Origin: a bacterium
GTDB taxonomy: Bacteria; Sysuimicrobiota; Sysuimicrobiia; Sysuimicrobiales; Humicultoraceae
Length of the DNA: 30,270 nucleotides
Assembly (NCBI GenBank): GCA_041497675.1
Contig: JBGQGY010000032.1
Location: forward strand, 1 to 30,270
Direction: 5' to 3'
A program made the position numbers and the translations under genes. Under the pieces are notes generated by a model, which ran no database searches, was not told the DNA's origin, and worked only from the letters and a program-made list of their open reading frames with translations. Positions 25,552 through 30,270 of this stretch are shown piece after piece (position 1 is the first letter of the stretch; each line of letters begins with the position of its first letter).

Positions 25552-27624
25552 ATGATCCGGGCCGGCATCGATATCGGCGGGACCTTCACCGATTTGTTGT
25601 TGGTCGGTGACGATGGGCGCGCCGTCGTCGGCAAGACCTTGACAACATCCGATGACCCGAGCCTGGCGGTCGAGACCGAGTTGCGCCAGGCGCTGCACGC
25701 CATCGGCGCGCGGTCGGGTGAGCGGGGGATGCTGGTACACGGGACCACCCTGGTGACCAACGCCATCATCGAACGGCGCGGCCCACCGACGGCGCTATTG
25801 GCCACGGCGGGGTTCCGCGACGCGGTGGAGATCGGCCGCGAGCATCGTTTCGATCTCTACGATTTGAACCTCGAGTTTCCTAAGCCGCTCGTCCCGCGTC
25901 ATCTGCGCTTCGATGTGCCTGAGCGCGTCGCGGCCGACGGCGCAGTGGTGCAGCCGCTCGACGAAGGCTACGTGCGCCGGCTCGTCGCCGAGTTGCGCGA
26001 CAAAGGCGTGGGGGCCATCGCGGTCTGCTATCTCCACAGTTTTCGCAACCCGGCCCACGAGCGGCGAACCGCCGAACTGATCGCCGAGGTCGCGCCGCAC
26101 ATGCGCATCTCGCTGAGTTCGGAGGTCGCTCCGGAGATCCGCGAGTTCCAGCGCACGAGCACGACCGTCGCCAACGTCTACGTCCAAGACCGTGTCGCCG
26201 GCTATCTCGGTCAGCTGCAGAGCCGGCTGACCGCGTTGGGGTTCACCGGCGATCTGCTCGTGATGCTGTCCAGCGGCGGCACGGGCACCGCCGAGACCGC
26301 GGCCCGGTTCCCGGTGCGGCTGCTCGAGTCGGGGCCCGCCGCCGGCGCGCTGGCCGCCGCGGCGCTGGGGACCCGCGCAGGCTATGCCGACCTGTTGTCC
26401 TTCGATATGGGGGGTACGACCGCGAAGTTGTGTGCCGTCGAACGCGGCGCGCCCCGCAAAGTGCACGAGTTTGAGGTCGACCGCGTCTACCGGTTCCGGC
26501 GTGGCAGCGGGCTGCCCATCAAGATCCCGGTCATCGACATGATCGAGATCGGGGCTGGAGGCGGCAGCATCGCGCAGGTCTCCTCCCTGGGGTTGCTCAA
26601 AGTCGGGCCCGAGAGCGCCGGCGCCGAACCCGGCCCGGCGTGCTATGGGCGTGGCGGCGAGGAGCCGACGGTGACCGACGCCGACCTGGTGCTCGGCTAT
26701 CTCAATCCCGAGTATTTTCTTGGCGGGAAGATGCGTCTGGACATCGAGGCCGCGCGCCGCGCGCTGGGTGGTCTGGCCACGCGTCTCGGTCTGAGTCTCG
26801 AACAGGCGGCCTGGGGTATCCATCAGATCGTCAACGAGAACATGGCCAACGCGGCTCGCGCCCACTTGAACGAGCGGGGCATCGATCCGCGTCGCATGCC
26901 GCTCTTTGCGTTTGGGGGCGCGGGCCCGGTGCACGCCTACTGGCTCGCGGAGATCCTGCGTCTGCCCGCGGTGATCTCGCCGCTCGGCGCCGGAGTCGGT
27001 TCAACCTTCGGCCTGCTGGCCGCGCCGCTGGCTTTCGATTTCGCGCGCAGCGCGCGCGGCCGGCTCGATGAACTGGATTGGACGTTTGCCAACACGCTGC
27101 TTGGCGAGATGGCCGATGACGGACGTGTCTTGTTGCAGCGGTCCGGGCTCGCGCCATCGGAGCTCTCGTATCAACGCAGCGCGGAGATGCGGTACGTGGG
27201 CCAGGGTCACGAGGTCTCGGTCCCCTTGCCGGATGGACGCCTCGGGCCGCAGCACCTGCCGGTGATCACGGAACATTTCGAGCGCGTGTATCAGACGTTG
27301 TACGGGCGCAAAGGACCCGACGTGCCGCTGGAAGTCGTGAACTGGCGTGTGGTGGCCGGCGGGCCCCCGCCCTCGGTGGACTTCCGGCTGCCGATGGGCG
27401 AGGCCGGGGCCGGCGCGCGCAAGGGCACCCGGAAGGCGTACATCCCCGAGGAAACCCGCTTCATCGACGTGCCGGTCTTCGACCGGTACGCGCTCGCGCC
27501 CGGCGAGACGGTGCGCGGTCCGGCGATTATCGAAGAACGCGAATCGACCCTGGTCGTGGGCCCCCGAGGCCGCGCGCGGGTCGACGGGTACGCGAATGTC
27601 GTGGTGGAGTTCGCCGATGCGTGA
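25552..27624 (+). CDS. Hydantoinase A / oxoprolinase family ATP-binding subunit (HyuA-like)
   Basis: ATG at 25552. 'GIDIGGTFTD', 'HGTTLVTNA', 'ESGPAAG', 'FDMGGTT', 'IGAGGGSIA', 'VGPESAGAEPGPACYGRGG', 'PTVTDADLVLG', 'RYVGQGHE'. Confidence 0.95.
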   Translation: MIRAGIDIGGTFTDLLLVGDDGRAVVGKTLTTSDDPSLAVETELRQALHAIGARSGERGMLVHGTTLVTNAIIERRGPPTALLATAGFRDAVEIGREHRFDLYDLNLEFPKPLVPRHLRFDVPERVAADGAVVQPLDEGYVRRLVAELRDKGVGAIAVCYLHSFRNPAHERRTAELIAEVAPHMRISLSSEVAPEIREFQRTSTTVANVYVQDRVAGYLGQLQSRLTALGFTGDLLVMLSSGGTGTAETAARFPVRLLESGPAAGALAAAALGTRAGYADLLSFDMGGTTAKLCAVERGAPRKVHEFEVDRVYRFRRGSGLPIKIPVIDMIEIGAGGGSIAQVSSLGLLKVGPESAGAEPGPACYGRGGEEPTVTDADLVLGYLNPEYFLGGKMRLDIEAARRALGGLATRLGLSLEQAAWGIHQIVNENMANAARAHLNERGIDPRRMPLFAFGGAGPVHAYWLAEILRLPAVISPLGAGVGSTFGLLAAPLAFDFARSARGRLDELDWTFANTLLGEMADDGRVLLQRSGLAPSELSYQRSAEMRYVGQGHEVSVPLPDGRLGPQHLPVITEHFERVYQTLYGRKGPDVPLEVVNWRVVAGGPPPSVDFRLPMGEAGAGARKGTRKAYIPEETRFIDVPVFDRYALAPGETVRGPAIIEERESTLVVGPRGRARVDGYANVVVEFADA

Positions 27625-29347
27625 GACGCGGATCGATCCCGTCATGCTCGAAGTCATCTGGAACCGCCTGCTGGCGGTCGTGACCGAGCAGCAGGACGCG
27701 CTCATGCGGACGGCGTTTTCCACCGTCGTGCGTGAAAGCCAGGACCTGGCGTGCGGTCTGTTCGACCCCAAAGGACGCATGATCGCACAGTCGGTGAGCG
27801 GCACGCCCGGCCACATCAACGCGATGGCGACGTGCATGGGGCACTTCCTGACGGTGTACCCGCTTGACGCGCTGGCGCCGGGCGACGTGCTGCTGACCAA
27901 CGACCCGTGGATGACGGCCGGTCAGGTGAACGACATCACGATCACCACGCCGATCTTCAAGAACGGACGCGTGATCGGGTTGTTTGCCAACACCTGCCAC
28001 GCGGCCGATATCGGCGGTCGTGTCCTCTCCGCCGAGGCGCGCGAGGTGTATGAAGAAGGCCTGCGTTTGCCGATCATGAAGCTGTTCGACCGCGGCCGGC
28101 CCAACGACATCCTCATGCGGATCGTGCGGGCGAACGTGCGCCTGCCCGACGAGGTGATCGGCGACCTCTACGCGCAGACGGCGTGCAACGACGCCGGCGG
28201 CCGGGCGCTGCTCGAGATGACGGACGAGTTCGACCTGGCGGACATCGACGACGTGGCCGACGAGATCGTCAGGCGTTCCGAGACCGCGGTGCGCGCGCGC
28301 ATCCGCGACCTGCCTGACGGCGAATGGCGCAGCGAGACGTGGGGCGACGGGTTCGAAGAACCCATCGTGGTGCGATGTCTCGTCCGCAAGACCGGTGACG
28401 AGATCTTCATCGATTTCACCGGGTCCTCGCCCGAGAGCAGCCGCGGGATCAACGTCGTCCTGAATTACACGCACGCGTACGCGTCGTTTGCGATGAAGGC
28501 GGCGATCTATCCGGACATCCCGCACAACGAAGGCGGGTTTCGCCCGGTGCACGTGAGCGCACCGCCGGGGTGCATCCTGAATGCGCTCTCACCGGCGCCG
28601 GTGGCCAGCCGTCATGCGATCGGTCACATGCTGCCGACGGCGATCTACGGGGCGCTGGCCGAGGCGCTGCCCGGCCGGCTCCTTGCGCCGGGGGCCGACT
28701 CGATCTGGCTGAGCATGTGGCGGGGGGAGACGCGGCCGTTTACTTTTACGATGTTCCAGGTCGGCGGCACCGGGGCGCGGCCCTCAAAGGACGGTCTCAG
28801 CGCGGTCGGATTCCCAAGCGGTGTGGCCGGCGTCCCCGCCGAGGTCGTCGAGAGTCTCTCGCCGCTGCTGATGCGGCGGCGCGAGTTGCGCCCCGACTCC
28901 GGCGGCGCGGGCACGTGGCGCGGCGGGCTGGGGCAACTCACGGAGTTCACCAACCGCGCCCCGGGCGGCTGGAGCGTCTCGTGCATCGTCGACCGCACCC
29001 GTCATCCGGCCGCGGGTCTGCTCGGTGGCCGCTCGGGTGCACCTGGCGAGCTCGTCCTGGATGACGGCTCGCGGCCGAATCCCAAGGCGCGGGTCGGGCT
29101 GAAGGCGCATCAAGTGGTGCACGTCAACACGCCCGGTGGCGGGGGATACGGCGACCCGTATCAGCGTGATCCTGAACGTGTCCGTCAAGACGTGATCGCC
29201 GGATATGTGACGCCTGAGGCGGCCGCGAAGGAGTATGGCGTGATCGTGCGCTACACGGGCTCCCCGGATGAGCTGGTCCGGCTGCCCGAGCAATGGGTGA
29301 TCGATGAGGTGACGACGGCTGCGCTGCGTAAGGCACGGCCTCACTGA
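27617..29347 (+). CDS. Hydantoinase B / oxoprolinase family subunit (HyuB-like)
   Basis: ATG at 27617 overlaps the A-subunit stop. 'IDPVMLEVIWNRL', 'RTAFSTVVRESQD', 'NDPW', 'HAADIGG', 'EEGL', 'DSGGAGTWRGGLG', 'TPGGGGYGDP'. Confidence 0.95.
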   Translation: MRETRIDPVMLEVIWNRLLAVVTEQQDALMRTAFSTVVRESQDLACGLFDPKGRMIAQSVSGTPGHINAMATCMGHFLTVYPLDALAPGDVLLTNDPWMTAGQVNDITITTPIFKNGRVIGLFANTCHAADIGGRVLSAEAREVYEEGLRLPIMKLFDRGRPNDILMRIVRANVRLPDEVIGDLYAQTACNDAGGRALLEMTDEFDLADIDDVADEIVRRSETAVRARIRDLPDGEWRSETWGDGFEEPIVVRCLVRKTGDEIFIDFTGSSPESSRGINVVLNYTHAYASFAMKAAIYPDIPHNEGGFRPVHVSAPPGCILNALSPAPVASRHAIGHMLPTAIYGALAEALPGRLLAPGADSIWLSMWRGETRPFTFTMFQVGGTGARPSKDGLSAVGFPSGVAGVPAEVVESLSPLLMRRRELRPDSGGAGTWRGGLGQLTEFTNRAPGGWSVSCIVDRTRHPAAGLLGGRSGAPGELVLDDGSRPNPKARVGLKAHQVVHVNTPGGGGYGDPYQRDPERVRQDVIAGYVTPEAAAKEYGVIVRYTGSPDELVRLPEQWVIDEVTTAALRKARPH

Positions 29348-29363
29348 GGATAGGAGGCACGAT

Positions 29364-30131
29364 ATGGATCTAGCGGGTCGCATTGCGCTGGTCACGGGTG
29401 GCGCCACGGGCATCGGGCGCGCGACGGTGTTGCATCTGGCGAAAGCCGGCGCCGCCGGGGTGGCGATCAACTATCGCTCATCGGCTGCCCAGGCCGAGCA
29501 GGTGGCGGCGGAGGTCAGGGCGCTGGGGAGCGAGCCGCTGTGCATCAGCGCGGACGTGCGCAGTGACGGCCAGATCAGATCGATGGTGCGGCAGATCAGC
29601 GCCCGCTTCGGGCGCCTCGATATCCTGGTCAACAACGCGGGCGTCACGCACTGGATTCCTCTCGCGGATCTCGAGTCGCTCACCGATGAGATCTGGGACG
29701 AGATCCTCGACGTCAACCTCAAGGGCGCGTTCCGGTGCGCCCGCGCCGCCGCGTCGCTCCTGGCCGAGCACGAAGGGATGATCGTCAATGTGGCGTCGAT
29801 CTCGGGCATGCAGGCCCCGGCCACGATTTCCTCGCTGCCCTACGGGGCGGCGAAGGCGGCATTGATCCACATGACGCGCCTGCTTGCCGCGGCGCTCGCG
29901 CCCCGCGTTCGCGTGAACGCGGTCTCGCCAGCCTTCACGGACACCAAATGGTTGAGGGATCACTTTGGTGACGCGTACCAGCAGACGGCGGCCAGGGCGG
30001 CGTCGCACTACCCGCTACGTCGCGTCGGCACGCCCGACGACATCGCGGGCGCGATCCTCGGGCTAATTACCGGCGGTGATTTCGTCACGGGCCAAACGCT
30101 GCTGATCGACGGCGGGGTGAGCTTGAGCTGA
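29364..30131 (+). CDS. SDR family NAD(P)-dependent oxidoreductase
   Basis: RBS aggagg. 'TGGATGIG', 'LVNNAG', 'NVASISG', catalytic 'YGAAK', 'VRVNAVSP', 'VTGQTLLIDGG'. Confidence 0.95.
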   Translation: MDLAGRIALVTGGATGIGRATVLHLAKAGAAGVAINYRSSAAQAEQVAAEVRALGSEPLCISADVRSDGQIRSMVRQISARFGRLDILVNNAGVTHWIPLADLESLTDEIWDEILDVNLKGAFRCARAAASLLAEHEGMIVNVASISGMQAPATISSLPYGAAKAALIHMTRLLAAALAPRVRVNAVSPAFTDTKWLRDHFGDAYQQTAARAASHYPLRRVGTPDDIAGAILGLITGGDFVTGQTLLIDGGVSLS

Positions 30132-30165
30132 CTCGGTCCGTGTGAGGCGCTGACCACCATTTGCT

Positions 30166-30270
30166 ATGAAAACTTACACGCTTGTCCTGGCCGCTCTCTT
30201 GAGTGTCGGTTGCAACAGTGGCGGCGTGGCAGCGAACAAGTATCATCCTGAAAAGATCTGTCCCGAGTCA
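30166..30270 (+). CDS. Putative lipoprotein, N-terminal fragment (truncated by the window edge)
   Basis: MKTYTLVLAALLSVGCNSGGVAANKYHPEKICPES...: basic N-terminus, hydrophobic core, lipobox-like SVG-C. Frame is open to the window end. Confidence 0.5.
   Translation, partial: MKTYTLVLAALLSVGCNSGGVAANKYHPEKICPES

Noticed and set aside
1..30270. CRISPR arrays, tRNA/rRNA genes, transposases, integrases
   Set aside because: No regularly spaced repeats, RNA gene signatures or mobile-element proteins were seen. Intergenic gaps are short and nearly all sequence is explained by CDSs.

Overview
High-GC bacterial chromosomal window, densely coding, with no rRNA, tRNA, CRISPR array or mobile element that I can recognise. 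A perfect GAAC-N4-GTTC SOS box suggests a Terrabacteria-type host (inference). Left to right there are five blocks. (1) 1-11068 (+): the end of a Gfo/Idh/MocA oxidoreductase, a Cof-type HAD phosphatase, and two tandem Fe3+/AfuABC-family ABC importers, with a ThDP enzyme inside the first. (2) 11082-14061 (+): a 41-aa zinc-ribbon remnant, a double-zinc-ribbon rhomboid protease, hyi, and tartronate semialdehyde reductase. (3) 14062-15683 (+): an uncharacterised 4-TM protein translationally coupled to a CYTH-domain enzyme, a speculative nucleotide-signalling or defence-like pair. (4) 15685-19063 (-): the MrfA-like DUF1998 helicase and MrfB-like DEDDh exonuclease, preceded by the LexA box. (5) 19319-30131 (+): a 10-gene catabolic operon (NitT/TauT ABC importer, atypical DapA-family lyase, OCD/mu-crystallin, extradiol dioxygenase, HyuA/HyuB-type ATP-dependent lactamase, SDR) that I cannot match to a known pathway and that may degrade an N-containing aromatic or heterocycle. 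A lipoprotein gene begins at the right edge. All calls come from reading motifs by eye; no database search was run.
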